Shown: positions 1 through 14,050, counted from the first letter of the stretch. The stretch is DNA of 64,000 nt from Chrysomallon squamiferum (GCA_012295275.1 CM022667.1:21576001-21640000); one strand, 5' to 3'. Program-made: numbers and translations. Notes: generated from the letters alone by a model not told the origin.

Positions 1-145
1 ACATATTTGATGTTTTTTATTTGTATATTTATCACACAAAAAAGTGTATGTCCTTCTTAATCAATGTATGCTTCTTGTAATTATACTAATAAATAATAGT
101 AATAGTTATAAAAAATTCATTAAAAGACAATAATCTGAAATGTAC

Positions 146-410
146 CCATGACACGGAAGACAATACAGAAGATGACAGAGAAGAGGATGAAGTCAAGCTG
201 CCAGTCGTGTGTGTCGACCACAGTGGACAGTCCGAGGAACATGAAGATGACAGTCTCACAGATGTTAGCCATCAGCTTCATGAAATATTTAACTGTATTC
301 TTAGACTTCTTAGACACATTCGCCTCCACATAGTGTCGCATGCAGATACCTCCAAATGACAGGCTAAAACAAAGTTTAAGTAACTAAATTTATAAATGAT
401 GTTAAGAAAA

Positions 411-486
<76 letters not shown>

Positions 487-1235
487 TTCATATATATATA
501 TATATATGTGTGATATTTAGATATCTCCAAATGACAGGCTAAAACAAAATTTACAATGATATTTTATATAGGATGTTAGAAACCTGCAAATAACTGACTA
601 AAACAAAATTTACATAGAAATATTTTTAAAGATAAAGTAAGGAAGAACATTTTTTATTTTTTATTCAGATACACAGAGAAGAAACCTTGAATAAAAATCT
701 CCACCAATATTCATTCTGAAAGATAATTCTGTAATATTTTCTAAGATATTTTGTTTACTTTGATTAATAATTTTTAATTGAAAAACTTACGCTAAAATAC
801 CCGACCAGTGTAACATTTCAGCAGACAGGTAGGCAAGATATCCGAGAACAAACACAAACAGAGGCTCAATGACTCTCACATGACTTGTGTATTTGGTAAC
901 AAATCCACCAATCAATCCAAAGATAATTCCAATTGCCGTTCCACCAAGAACAATGATGAAAAATGATCCAACCCCGCTGACTATGTCAATGGGAAGAAGG
1001 TTAGCCTCTCCCATTTCTGTAAAACCTTCCAGCATATGGTATACTACCTGAAAAAGAAAACAGCATCTTCCATACAGTTTTGTACATTTGTTTATCAATA
1101 AGTTAATAACAGAAATGTTTTCATAAGCAAAACCAGAGTGCCACTAAATTGCAGGTTAAAGAACTGAATACTTTGTGACGTTTTCCATTGATCTATTTTC
1201 TTATTTAATTTGATAGAATTTCACTGACATTACTG

Positions 1236-1321
<86 letters not shown>

Positions 1322-4313
1322 CATATGTACTAGGCAGAAAAGGGAAATAATCCAGTGAAAATGTATGAAGCAGATTAATAGTTCTCTACCTTTTTCTAAA
1401 TCAGTTTTTACATTAATTTTCCACAGGACAGAATTTGATTAAAGTCCAGTATATTTTAAGTTAATACATAGCACAACAGACTTCTTTTTTTTCTTCTTAG
1501 TGTTCTTAAAAAATAAACAAAACAACACAGAGAGCCTATTTTCATCTTTACCATCAGATTCAATTACTGTAATGTTTTAACATGTTTCTATAATGTGTAG
1601 AATGTTTTTGTTTTAAACTTCTACACTTGTTGCTGTTGTACACAGAATTCAATAGGTCTGAGTTATAGTTTTATGTACACTTCTAAATATAACTGAGTAA
1701 CGTTGTGTTATATTTAGTATTTCAGTGTAAATCTGTAGATACAGCTGAAATATGTGTTATTTAATAGTTGTCTGTACTTGATGGAACAGAATATTATATA
1801 TAAAACGTGTTCTTAACAGTTTGTACATATACAAACATGATTTATAGTGTTAATGTTATTTAACATATTTCTTTGTATGTTGTGAATTCAGTTGAATTTA
1901 TATCTCTAGCTAATGTAACTTGTTTTTATGTCTTAGCCAAGGTTAAGTCACATAACATCACGCAGTTTATAATTTACACAGGTAAATTTACTCAGATTAT
2001 AATAAGCATGTCGTAATATAGGTGTTAAATTCTCTTTACTAAGTATTAAAATATATAATGATTACAGGTTAAGGCATAAATCAATTTATTACTGCACATT
2101 TTTCTAACAGCTTTTCATATTAAAAATGATACTTTATAAATATTATTTATAATTAATTCAATATATATGAGAGTCAAGAATTATAATTGATTATCGTGTA
2201 CAAATCCAGTATTTACAAACTGAATTAATGTCAGATTTTCTCTTATGTTACTCTTATATACACCATTATTTATATTCAAGAATGTCATTAAAATGGAAAA
2301 TTATGATGGTTTTTTTCTTGCAATTTACTAAATAATGTTCAATGTTCGGTGTTTAATTACAGATGAGCTAACTCCACTCATGTCGTATTACTCATTATGA
2401 TTGATCTATAGATTTAATATTCCTGTGGGTTATTTATCTTCTAATGTTATACTGACATCTGTGATGCAATAAATCACAGCCTACTGACTTGATCATATTA
2501 CTTATTAATTTGTGTTATTTATGTATGAAGTTTTTATCTCTGTGCCTGACAAATCTGAAAGTTTAAAATTTTAACCCAAATAACAGAACATTCCAAACTC
2601 AGCAGTTAAAATTTTTACCATGATTTTCTTGTTAATAATGTCATGTGCATTAAATATTCAATCAACTTGTAGAGACTGCAAACAGATATTGCAAATTATG
2701 GCCATTTTAGAACATGGGGCAGCTCAGGTTCAAAGGGTTAACAATTTGAAAACACATTTACAACCTGGCCACACTTTGGTATGCAAACATTGTTCTGTTT
2801 ATTTATTTGTTTTTCTTTTGTTTCTATTTCTTTTCCTAAGATGGTGTTCAGATGTTAGTGATAAGTTAAATCCAGATTTGATCTTATAACCTCACAGTCT
2901 TTAAGCCAATGACATATTACAAGTTTAAACAACTTAGATTGTTAGATTAGTGATAGGTAAGTGTTTTTAAACATGTTTTCTACATTATTTACAAATTCTA
3001 CTAATGTTTTAATAATATGATTTGACACTGTTAAATAATTTTAGAATATTTTCAAAGGATTTATACAGATTTTCTCTGTGTTCCAGCTGTAAATAAAACA
3101 AGGTGTCCTCTCAATAAATAAATAATTTTAAAACAAAATATAAAATTAATAAGTAAAATATAATAATAAAAAATAATAATTTCAAATCCAAAATAAAACA
3201 ACACTAGATACATTTGATGTTTAAAAAACATCTAAAGATAAAATGTTTTTCAGATTTTTAAAACAATAGCGACAAAGTCCTCCCATGTTACCATGTAATT
3301 CACTTACAAGATAATGAGTACGTTTCCTAAAAACAAATAATTCTACATGACATTAATAGAAATTTAATCACAATTGATTTTTCTTCATGCAGAAAATAAG
3401 CCTGAAATATTATTTCAAGTCAACAAATTCAAAAGGTTAGATGAAGGTAATTTAGCTATACAGCTTTTTTTCATTTTCTTGGTGTTTTCAATGTAATAAT
3501 TTCAGTTCTTCAGTATCAACTAAACTTTTCTTGTCTTTATGTTTTATTTTTGTTTTTTGTTTGTTTTTTTCAACAGGAAAATACTTTTTACAAAAACAAA
3601 AATGAATTTTTTTACATGAACATTTTAAAGTATTTTTATCTTAAAATGGATATATAAAATTCTGATGTTAACAGTTTTTTCACTGGGTAGGTACATCTCT
3701 AGAAACCATTGAACAATAAATGTGCTGTTACTTTACTAGTCAATAGTATTCATCAGTTTGAAAAAGCAAAATATTATCTACACATTACATGTTTTGTCTG
3801 ACACAATTATTCTCACACACTGATAGTTACCAAAATACAGATAAAGCATCTGTAACTCATGATAATGATAATCAACAATGTGAAAATATAAATACAGATA
3901 CCACCCAGGACGATAATAGATTTTTACATTATGTACTAAGCACTGGTATTCTAAGCATTTTAACAGTCAACATCCACTGATATTCCTACTAATCCCAATA
4001 TATTCTAACAGTGTTGAATCACATTTCTGAAACACACCCCTGTTCTTTATCTACTAGCGTGTTTAAAACAATCAGCTGTCAGTTACTAATTATTTACTTG
4101 CTTGATGACTGGATGGTCTGGGGTCACAGTTTGTTACTGTTTCATACCCAGCTTGTTTTGGGCCACTTACTCTACCCTCTTTTTCTCTAACAAACTAACA
4201 CTATGCTGAAAAAATAACTGATGCTTCTGCATAGAAAAGGTAATAAAATAAAATGCTTAGATCTTTTCCTATTATAAATATTAAGAAATGGTATCATATA
4301 TTTATTTATTTAT

Positions 4314-4348
<35 letters not shown>

Positions 4349-7300
4349 ACAGGAAGCTACACAAAAAGGACACACACAAAATAAACAGATAAAGCCAGTT
4401 TAAGGCAATAACCCTACAGCTACTTAGAAAGGGAAAATAAAACAGTGAATACATTAAGCAGCATTAAAACTAGAATAGACTTAAGTACACTCAATAACCC
4501 AGGAAACAGTTGATCTGTATGCAATAACAAAGTGATGAATATGAATCACATTTCCTTATCCAGAAGCAGTCAAGTCATAAAAACTTTTACTTTTCTGTTT
4601 TGTTTTTTGCTTTGTAGAATATTGTGTTAGAAAAATTATTCTAAGAAAATCAGTGTTCTAAATCAAAATAATAACAAGGAATAAAATAGAATAAATGTGT
4701 ATTTAAATATAAAGAATATTTTAAATTTTCATTTTTTATAATTATCTGTTACAGATATATATTGTCCTATTTAATTAAAAATAAAATTATCAGCTGCTGT
4801 TAATGAAAATTATGAACAATAATGACATTGTAATTTCTTATTATGCTTCCTGCAAAAATAATATTATGATGCTGATGCTGCTGCTGATGATGATGATGAC
4901 AGTGACAATGATATTAATCTTTATTAGGAGTACAAAAATAAAACTGATTTCTAAACACACAAAAATTCCACAAACAACCACATCATCCACACGTGTTATT
5001 TTCTGCTGACCAGCCTGAGGCCAGATTCTGAGGAAAGTTTAAAATAATATTAATGTGAGTAAGCAACCAGGAAGGTCAGTATTCTCATTAATCTTAATGA
5101 GTGGACAGTAATTACATCACACTGAATGACTACGTGTCAGTAAGTGACCCAATGTACATGTAGTAATAGAGCGAAATGTCCAGGGTAATTTTTTTATAAT
5201 GGGTGACTTGATATCTGTGTTAAATAATATTCATGATGCAAAATAATAAATTCATATTAAACTAGTTATTTTGATGTATTTAATACTATTATTAAAAACC
5301 ATTAGTGAATATGGTGAAGTAATAAGTTTATGTGTTACGAGTTGTTTTTCCAGTGACTCCCGATTTAGAAAAATTTACAATATACAATGTTAATATACTC
5401 ACCATTTTACTTTAGCACATTCTAAATCTGTTTTTAAAGAATAATAACATACATTCTGTGACAGCTATACTTACCACAGTAACTCCATCATTGAGCAGTG
5501 ATTCTCCAAACACTATAATGTACAGCATCTCATTGACTTGGATTTCCTCAAAAACTGCGAGGACTGCCACAGGGTCGACAGCTGAGATGAGAGCGCTGAA
5601 GACAAAGCAGTGCAGCAGACTGATAGGTCTGTGAATCCAGCCTGCGAGAGAACAGCCCCACAGAGCCAGACCGATAGCCACAGTGTTCCACAGTGTGTTG
5701 ATGAATGCCAGTAGCAAGATGGTGCCGATGTTGTTGAAGAAAGATCTAATCGGCATGTGGTAACCAGCATCATATATGATGGGTGGTAGAAGGAACAGAA
5801 AGAAGGTGTTTGCATTGAGGACGTACTGGTCAGTAGATGCAGCATGGCTGTAGTGCAGGATGGCACCTGTGATGATGCCAAGGATGATGAGAATGCAGCT
5901 TTCTGGAATGTGTGCTGACAGTCTGCGGTACATATGAAAACCTGTGATTAAAAATGTAAAATATTTCTTGAAATATTAAATAATTTATGCAGATTATGCT
6001 TCATATGAAAATACTGCAAGGAACGACATTATGCAATTCAGTAATATATCAAAACAGAAAAGAATATTAATTATTACTAGTTCTTGAATTTATTTATTTA
6101 TGGATTTAAACTTTTTGGTAATGCTGAAATGATTGTTATGTTTGACTTCTGAAAATAAATCTCTTTCATGACCACTGTTTATTTTCAGGTCTTCTCAATT
6201 TAAGGATAACATTAGGTTTAGAAATTAATATGATTTTTGCTTCAGAAAATACTTGCTACAGTAAACTGAAATATGAACTAAAAATCAATATATCAAATAT
6301 TTTTCAGTACAGTTTCCATAACTAAAAAAAATAAATTTCTCATTTGATAGTTTCACATTTACTGAGATAATGTCAGGCATATTTGACATTTAGAGAGATT
6401 TAAAGAGTAGCTTTCACCTGAAGCCTAATAAGTCACTGGATCAGTACTCAGTAGTTCTTACTTAACACTGTATCCAGTTCAGATTTCAAAAATCATTATT
6501 TTAGTAATAACATTATAATAACTCATAAAGAAATAATTAATTAAATAAACCAAAACCTTTTGACAATAATTTTTATATTTTCTTTTTTATAACATACTGT
6601 TATATACATGCTATTTTTATTTATTTATTTATATTTTATTATTTTTGTTTTGTTATTTTTTTTTTTTTTTTTTTTTTTGGTCCAAGTAAAATGTCTTCAG
6701 TGTGTCTTCTGTTGCCACACAGTTGCTGTGAGGACTTGATACGTTACAGCTGCACAACCAGTAAGAGAAACCTCACTAAACCTGTGTTTACTTACACTGC
6801 AGATGTTATCATCAGCTTTATAATCAGTTTTCTTTTTATTAATTTATGATTACAAATTACTGTTACACTGGAAAATTATACACTATACATTACACAACTA
6901 AATGTTTATAATTATGAATGCCAATGAAGAACATTTAACATCTAGTTACCAAAATGTTTAATATCCCTTCATCAGTAGAGGTTATCTTCAAAACTTAATT
7001 ATTTTACTATTATTCATCTTTTTCTTAACTATTTGTATTTTTATTATTTTTAATATTATTATTTTAAACTTGATATTATTTATTGATATACTTTTATTTA
7101 TAGTCAAAAAAATGTTTCGCTATACTGATTTTATAATAATTTTCAATAGATTCAAATCATTTGTTTCTTTTTTCTTTTCACTTTGTATTCTTCTTTTCTT
7201 GTCATCATATCATTATAACAATAACTTGACTCTGTTATGTTTAGTAAATCTTTTTTTTTTTTTTGTCAGTAATTCAGAAATAATTAGTACAATAGGTAGA

Positions 7301-10300
7301 ACTGTCAGCAAACTGCATCTCTAGTGTTAAGTAAATTAAACATTAGGTGTAAACTAGAAAATTCTTGTCAAAACATATCTTGGTATAAATATTATGCAAG
7401 ATAATAGTTTTAAGATTCCAGATGGCTCAGTAAAGACTGCAATAAATAATAAAGTTCATTCCTCATGTCTATTCTTCTTTTTCTTTGACAAACATTCAGA
7501 TAGGAACCCAGGAGCTACATTAAACACTAAAACATATAAATATGTATGTACATTAAACACTAAAACATATAAATATGTATGTACATTAAACACTAAAACA
7601 TATAAATATGTATGTACATTAAACACTAAAACATATAAATATGCATGTACATTAAACACTAAAACATATAAATATGTATGTACATTAAACACTAAAACAT
7701 ATAAATATGCATGTATATTAAACATATAAATATGTATGTACATTAAACACTAAAACATATAAATATGTATGTATATTAAACACTAAAACATATAAAATGC
7801 ATGCACATTAAACATATAAATATGTATGTACATGTACATTAAACATATAAATATGTATGTACATGCACATTAAACATATAAATATGTATGTACATTAAAC
7901 ACTAAAACATATAAATATGTATGTACATTAAACACTAAAACATATAAATATGTATGAACATTAAACATATAAATATGTATGTACATTAAACACTAAAACA
8001 TATAAACATGTATGTACATTAAACACTAAAACATATAAATATGTATGAACATTAAACACTAAAACATATAAATATGCATGCACATTAAACATATAAATAT
8101 GTATGTACATTAAACACTAAAACATATAAATACGTATGTATATTAAACACTAAAACATATAAATATGCATGTATATTAAACATATAAATATGTATGTACA
8201 TTAAACACTAAAACATATAAATATGTATGAACATTAAACACTAAAACATATAAATATGTATGTACATTAAACACTGTTGTACACTGTAAGTTCTATGTGG
8301 GTCCACAAGTTTCTGGTTCAGGATTTTGTCTGAGGCCAGACTGGTTCTAGTAGGTAGAACAGTGCTGCAGATATGATGTGTTCTGTAACTAACATAATTA
8401 TTCAAGTCAGTGCACAAACCTAAAAAGTCCTCTACTTGTGAATATGTTATATTTTGATTCAATGGTATGCCTTCATTTATTAAGTTTGTTTACCTGTTGC
8501 TTTTTTATTTGAGTGAATGATAATTTTTATTTATCTTTTCTCTCTCATTTAGTTTTGCTGTGTTTATTAGTATGATGAACTGTAAAGACTGTAACAAGAG
8601 GAGGATGCTTATAAAAGATCTCTTGATGCTACCTCATATCAGAAATCACTGAGAGATACAGAAGATTTCTTTTCTGTCATCACTGTAGCTGATAACCATT
8701 CATATTAAAATGGAAGCTATCTTGTTTTCAATGTATATGTAAAAATCCAAGCGATATTCTCAACAACTATTTCAGTAATTTGTATTTTATTTTTACCAAT
8801 GAAGAACATAGTTTAAAAACTGCAGAATGTTAAATAAAAACTACTAATAATAAATAAAACACACAAAATTGTTGAAATAAAAATTTATAAACAAAGTGTA
8901 AAACTGTCTGACCGGGCTGTTTTGTTATTATAACTTTGTTTTCAAAATATTAAAATATTTAGTCCTGATATTAAATTAGTATGTGATAATGTGATAATGT
9001 AATTTAGTCTCAAATATTAAATTAGTAATAAATTAAGAAATATTTTTATATTTAAAAATTTCAGAAAACTCCTAATTTCAAAATGTATTACATCACACAT
9101 GATCATGCAACTAACCTACCTAATAACAAAATGTATTTTATATATCAGTTTATCTACTGTCATACAATTTAAATTATCAAACACAAACAATTTTGATAAT
9201 AAACTTTTACTTTTATATTTTGATATACATATACAGTGTGTGTGTGTAGAAACTGGTCCAGCTAGCTAATCACATAATCACTATCTTCATAAAAATGACA
9301 GTGTCTGGAAAACAAAATCCTGTTATCATCTGTGATTATGCAGTTTTCAGCCAATCATTAACCAACATTTTAAACAATCTATGATTTAAAACTATCTACC
9401 AAATAACTAAATTATATATATATATATATATATACATATAGATATATTAATTCAACTATCATGACACAGAGAAAAAAATAGAATAATTCTAATGTATCCA
9501 TTGATAAAATTTGGTTCAGTATAAATAAAAAAAAATGAATTTAGGAACCATGAGAATTTTTTTACTAAATATCAGATAGATTAATTTATTTATCAAAATT
9601 AGTATAACATATTGTTATTTGTCAATACATTTTTTTTTAATTAATTTTTTTCTGGATATATGTGTTTTATTATGTGACACAGGAATTCAAGTCCAGCATT
9701 ATTCTTGTAAGTTAGCAGAAAGGAATATATTAGATGCACCATTCCTTAAACAGGAAAACGAAAAAAACAGTATATGAGTACAGGCTGGAACAGGAAATAT
9801 GTCAATACTTATTAACCTTTTAATCTAATTATTAATCTAAAGCCTGAAATTAAACACATACATGAGTGTTCAGATCTGATAAAGTTATCCAAACAACAAA
9901 ATTACCCATGCTGCTACAGCCACTGTCCTTTAATTTACAACACATATGCCACAGGTAGAACTCTGTGTAATTATCTTTAAGGACATCTGAAGATTAAGTC
10001 TATCGACACTTTATGTGTCACAACTCTATTAAATGTCAAGGTCACAGAGATCCTTTGCTAACCTATTTTATACTTGAAATTCTTTTAGTTTTCACATACC
10101 TACTTTTCATATTTTTGATTCTTTTTATTATTATGATTTATTCTATACAGTGTAATTCATACATTACAACAATATTAAAATATTGAATAAAGTATTAATA
10201 TTTTCTAATATTGATGACACTTATGAATATTTTAATTTATCCTACAGTCATTATAATCAGTTGCAGGATTTAGAACTTTTCTGGGACAGATCTATAGTAA

Positions 10301-11081
10301 TTAATTGGTTCCAAAAGTAGTGACGTAAACTGAGTATGATGCTTTAAAATATCTACAATCATGTACAACTACCGTAAATAAGTTGCGAAAGGAAATATAT
10401 GTGTATATTTACATCGGAAAACTGTAGATATGTCCACCATAACGTAATTTCGATGAGTTGCTGCTGGTTCTCATTCAAAACAAAGTTTAAGTAAATAACA
10501 TAATTTTAGTCGTATTATTTATTATTCTTTATAAATTAAGAGTAAAATATACTTTAAAGTCTTTAATACCTTAACCGTTAACACAGTTATATTTTTCCAC
10601 ACGTTAATTTTAAATCGTTTGTTGTCATACGTAAGGCATTTTGTAAGGGCTAATCAAAAGGCAGCTAATATAATTTTACATATCTTTAAAAAATATGAGT
10701 AACGTGTTTGTAGAATTTAGCGACATATATATATAATGAGAACCAGCAGCAACTCATCGAAATTACGTTATGGTGGACATATCTACAGTTTTCCGATGTA
10801 AATATTTTAATGTACATACATATTTATATGCTTTAGTGTATTTTTATTGTTGTTGTTGTTGTTGTTTGTTTTGTTGTTTTATTGGTCTTTTAATGTTTAA
10901 ATATTTATTGGAACCATTTTATGGAACTATTAATTAATTCACGCTCTTTTAGTTGGTGACGTTGCTGACGTAAAGCCGGATGAAATAACGTTTGCTGAAC
11001 TACTATGTGTTATAAAGTGGTGTAAAGCCGAATTTGATGTAAATCGGAATATTGCTGTACTTACCTTGGTTAATTACTTGT

Positions 11082-11115
<34 letters not shown>

Positions 11116-11436
11116 CACACACGTGCCTATCTGACTTAAAGTTTACAATTTGAAATGTATGAGAATCCACGTGACCAATGCAATATTGAATGTCTATAGC
11201 GCATGAAGTATTTAATGTAAATACCATGTGAACTTACCTACTTTCGCTACGCTAGCTAATAACACCCAGAGACATATGACATACGGTATCTCCACATGAT
11301 GAAAATCGAAAGAAACAAGCTGATAACGTCCAACCGATTCGTTTTGTGAATGTCCATCAGCTGTTACTGAGGCAGAGAACAAAGCCACGGTAAAAACCAT
11401 CCCACTGGTCAAGCAGTTTCTCACATTATGGTCCAT
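146..11436 (-). CDS. Sodium/hydrogen exchanger, plasma-membrane NHE1-5/invertebrate Nhe2 type (SLC9A family), 5' part; gene continues beyond the left edge
   Basis: Phase-consistent GT-AG exons: 11436-11238 (MDHNVR...YVICLWVLLASVAKVG), 5941-5475 (FHMYRRLSAHIPESCILIILG...FFLFLLPPIIYDAGY...ISAVDPVAVLAVFEEIQVNEMLYIIVFGESLLNDGVTV), 1047-791 (VVYHMLEGF...IEPLFVFVLGYLAYLSAEMLHWSGILA) and 363-146 (LSFGGICMRHYVEANVSKKS...ETVIFMFLG...FRVMG). LLPPII, SAVDPVAV and FGESLLND are hallmark CPA1/NHE motifs. Confidence 0.95.
414..482. repeat. (AC)n microsatellite
   Basis: Perfect dinucleotide run in NHE intron 3; gives rise to the spurious VCVCVC ORF. Confidence 0.95.
1240..1316. repeat. (AG)n microsatellite
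   Basis: Perfect dinucleotide run. Confidence 0.95.
7516..8275. repeat. 33-bp minisatellite (TACATTAAACACTAAAACATATAAATATGTATG) with shorter 26-bp variant units
   Basis: More than 20 tandem copies visible in NHE intron 1; explains the TLNTKTYKYVC and VLVFNVHTYLY periodic ORFs. Confidence 0.95.
10405..10805. repeat. Perfect 71-bp inverted repeat (foldback or MITE-like), arms 10405-10475 and 10735-10805, 259-bp spacer
   Basis: Left arm ATATTTACATCGGAAAACTGTAGATATGTCCACCATAACGTAATTTCGATGAGTTGCTGCTGGTTCTCATT is the exact reverse complement of the right arm. Confidence 0.9.
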
Positions 11437-11617
11437 TATTTTAGTTAAAGATCTGATGGATCGCTACAGTTATAATTTATAGATGTCTGCTCGATATTCA
11501 GGATAGCCACTTTCTGTGAAGTATTCACTGATAAAACGATGTAGAAATGAACTACCGTCATCATCTAATCTCTTATCGCTGTCCATTTACTACCTTCTGA
11601 CCTACGCTAAGTTCAGT

Positions 11618-11627
11618 ACGCATGCGT
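11618..11627. promoter_or_regulatory. NRF1/Ewg-like palindromic motif (ACGCATGCG) in the putative NHE promoter
   Basis: TACGCATGCGT about 180 bp upstream of the NHE ATG in a locally CpG-richer segment. Motif match only. Confidence 0.4.
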
Positions 11628-13245
11628 GTTAGGGGAACGACATAGTACCCGCGGCAATTTTCATTTATTTTCCACAATACGGCATTGCGGAGGTTGGATC
11701 TGCGTAAAGTGTCATCTCGTGTTTTGATCTTTAAGTAATTTGTATGACGTTAGGAATACTGTATTATTCGATGACGGTCGGACTGCATTAGCAGGAACTA
11801 ACACAAAAATCTTACGATTACGTCAAACAATTGTTTTTGAAACGCACTGAACATTTAAATACCTAACAAGTAACATCCGTGTATTTTTTCTTTTTTTCTT
11901 ACATGTTTGTTACTGCTTTCTTTCAAAAGAAAATTCATAACAATTTATAACTAAAGGAAATAAAGTTAAGGTAATTAATTAACATAGGATTTGATTGACT
12001 TATTTATTTCTGTTAACACTTAAAGGAGTTACATAATTCTTTCTCTATTTATTTTATTAATTTTCCCTTTACAGTCAAAAAAAAACAAAAAAAAACACAA
12101 AAGTTTATTTTTAAAAATAATAATAATATGCTGTAGGTTTATTTCCAATTTCCTGTCTATGAGAAGATGAATTATAAAATAGCCTTACTGCAAATCGGTA
12201 ATGATAACTCATGGATAGAGCAATTGTTTATCTGTAAGAGTGTATATGTGTCTGTGTTGTCATTTAAATGTTCTGGAACTAGAATGCTATATTTAATTAA
12301 GCTACATATATATGTTTCCGAAACACAAGGATTAAGTTTATGTTTATTTTATTTATTTATTTTCTTCAAATACGTTTTATAGGCTTACCGACTCCCTAAT
12401 TATGACATCACAGTCTGACTTCAGGGAAGTTCCGGACACTTGTTTGATGGATTATATCAATAAATTGGATGGGCGTGTTTAACCACCTCACATAAATAGA
12501 CTATTATGTTAGTTTCCAATTTTTAATTTGTTCCTCACATTTTTGTTGGTGCGAAAACTACGATAACATTAACAACAGCAACGAACAATAACAACAATAG
12601 TAATCAAAGCTTTGATTAGTATATATATATATATATATATATACACATAGTTCTTGGTTTTTTTTTGTTGTATGAATTAAAACTGATTAGCGGACCCAAG
12701 GAAAACATTACTGTTAAGCCTCTTTCGTGTTTCTTTCTTGCAGTTTCTCTTTTCTGCCATTAAGTTAAACAAGTAAGGTTGGATAAAATAAACACTGGCT
12801 ATACGACTGTAGTGAATTTAGCGAAGTTTTCCGTCAAATTGACGTCAGACGTCACAGTTTGTCGATGGAAATGGATATACTTTCCGGAGGTAATAAATCT
12901 TATCGCAGAAGAACATAACTTCACGATTTCATAATTTATTTGCAGAAGAAAAAAAAAAGTAGTAATAATAATAAAAATGTGTTGAACACTAACGCTAAGG
13001 TGAAGTCGGTGGCGGAAAAATGTTAATAGAAAATGTCACCACCATCGAAAACGTGATCCAGTAACCTGACACCCGTTTCCGCTGAAATAAAATGATGAAA
13101 CCAATTTTGCTCTTTTCTTTTCTTTTTACATTTATTATTATTATTTTTTCTTTCTTTCTTTCTTTCTCATATTGAACTCTTTTTTTTATTATGATTATGA
13201 TTATTATATAAAACGATTACCATATGATGTTTTATCTAGTGCTGT

Positions 13246-14001
13246 CAGCGCCGGATTAACAATGTAGTAGATCACATTTTTTTCTTTTCTTTTAAATCAA
13301 AACGCTGTGTATCACGATTTTGACTATAGCCTTTGGTATTTGTTTTGTGTAGAGGTACATTTTTAACAGTTTTGTTGTTGAAATTTTCTCACTAGCCAGT
13401 GGACCACAATTAGTTCACTAGTTGTTTTGTCGCAAATACACTGAAGAAACGTTTGCAGGCATATCAGGTATTCAGTAATAAATTGAGCTTCTTGCGAAAT
13501 TTAGGGTCGACGTCCGAGGAGCAACTTTCAAAATCGGTGATGGCTCTCATTAACAAGTATCCAAATGATTTGGAGGCCAGTCTGGCAAACGAACTTCTAC
13601 AGTTCGTGGCACTTCTCAACGCGGAGTTCGGCAAGCGGGCTACGACAACTGATCCAAGTGCTTCTCAGTCAGATGCTGCAGCTGTTGATCAGGACAACTC
13701 GGCGATGACAGGCGGCGAGGCATTGGAGCTGCTCATCAGAGATCACAACATGCAATCGTGTTTTCCTAATACTGAAATAGTGCTAGGCATGTATTTGTGT
13801 ACGATGGTTACAAACTGCACGGGGGAGCGTTCGTTTTATAAATTGCGCCGCATAAAAAAACTTGCACAAAAAAAAAAAAAAAAAAAAATAGATGAGAGAA
13901 AAACGTTTAAATATGCTGACGTTGATGAGAATCAAATCGAATGCGAGTTGTTGTGTTCGATACAATCCGCTTTACTCCGAATGTTTCGTTATAATGATTA
14001 G
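13246..14001 (+). mobile_element. hAT-superfamily transposase remnant (C-terminal dimerisation domain, ZMYM1/zinc finger MYM-like)
   Basis: ORF 13453-14001 has LINKYPNDLE..LANELLQF and FPNTEIVLGMYLCTMVTNCTGERSFYKLRRIK, the hAT dimerisation signature. After an A-run expansion (13868-13888), KRLNMLTLMRI appears in a shifted frame. Possible left end CAGCGCCGGATTAA at 13246 (tentative). Confidence 0.8.
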
Positions 14002-14047
14002 TTCATCATAATTATGACAAAATCACCGAACTGAAGAAGAATATAAA

Positions 14048-14050
<3 letters not shown>

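Noticed and set aside
7394-7743. Periodic ORFs on both strands (TLNTKTYKYVC / VLVFNVHTYLY)
   Set aside because: By-product of a 33-bp unit lacking stops; lies inside an NHE intron with no splice support.
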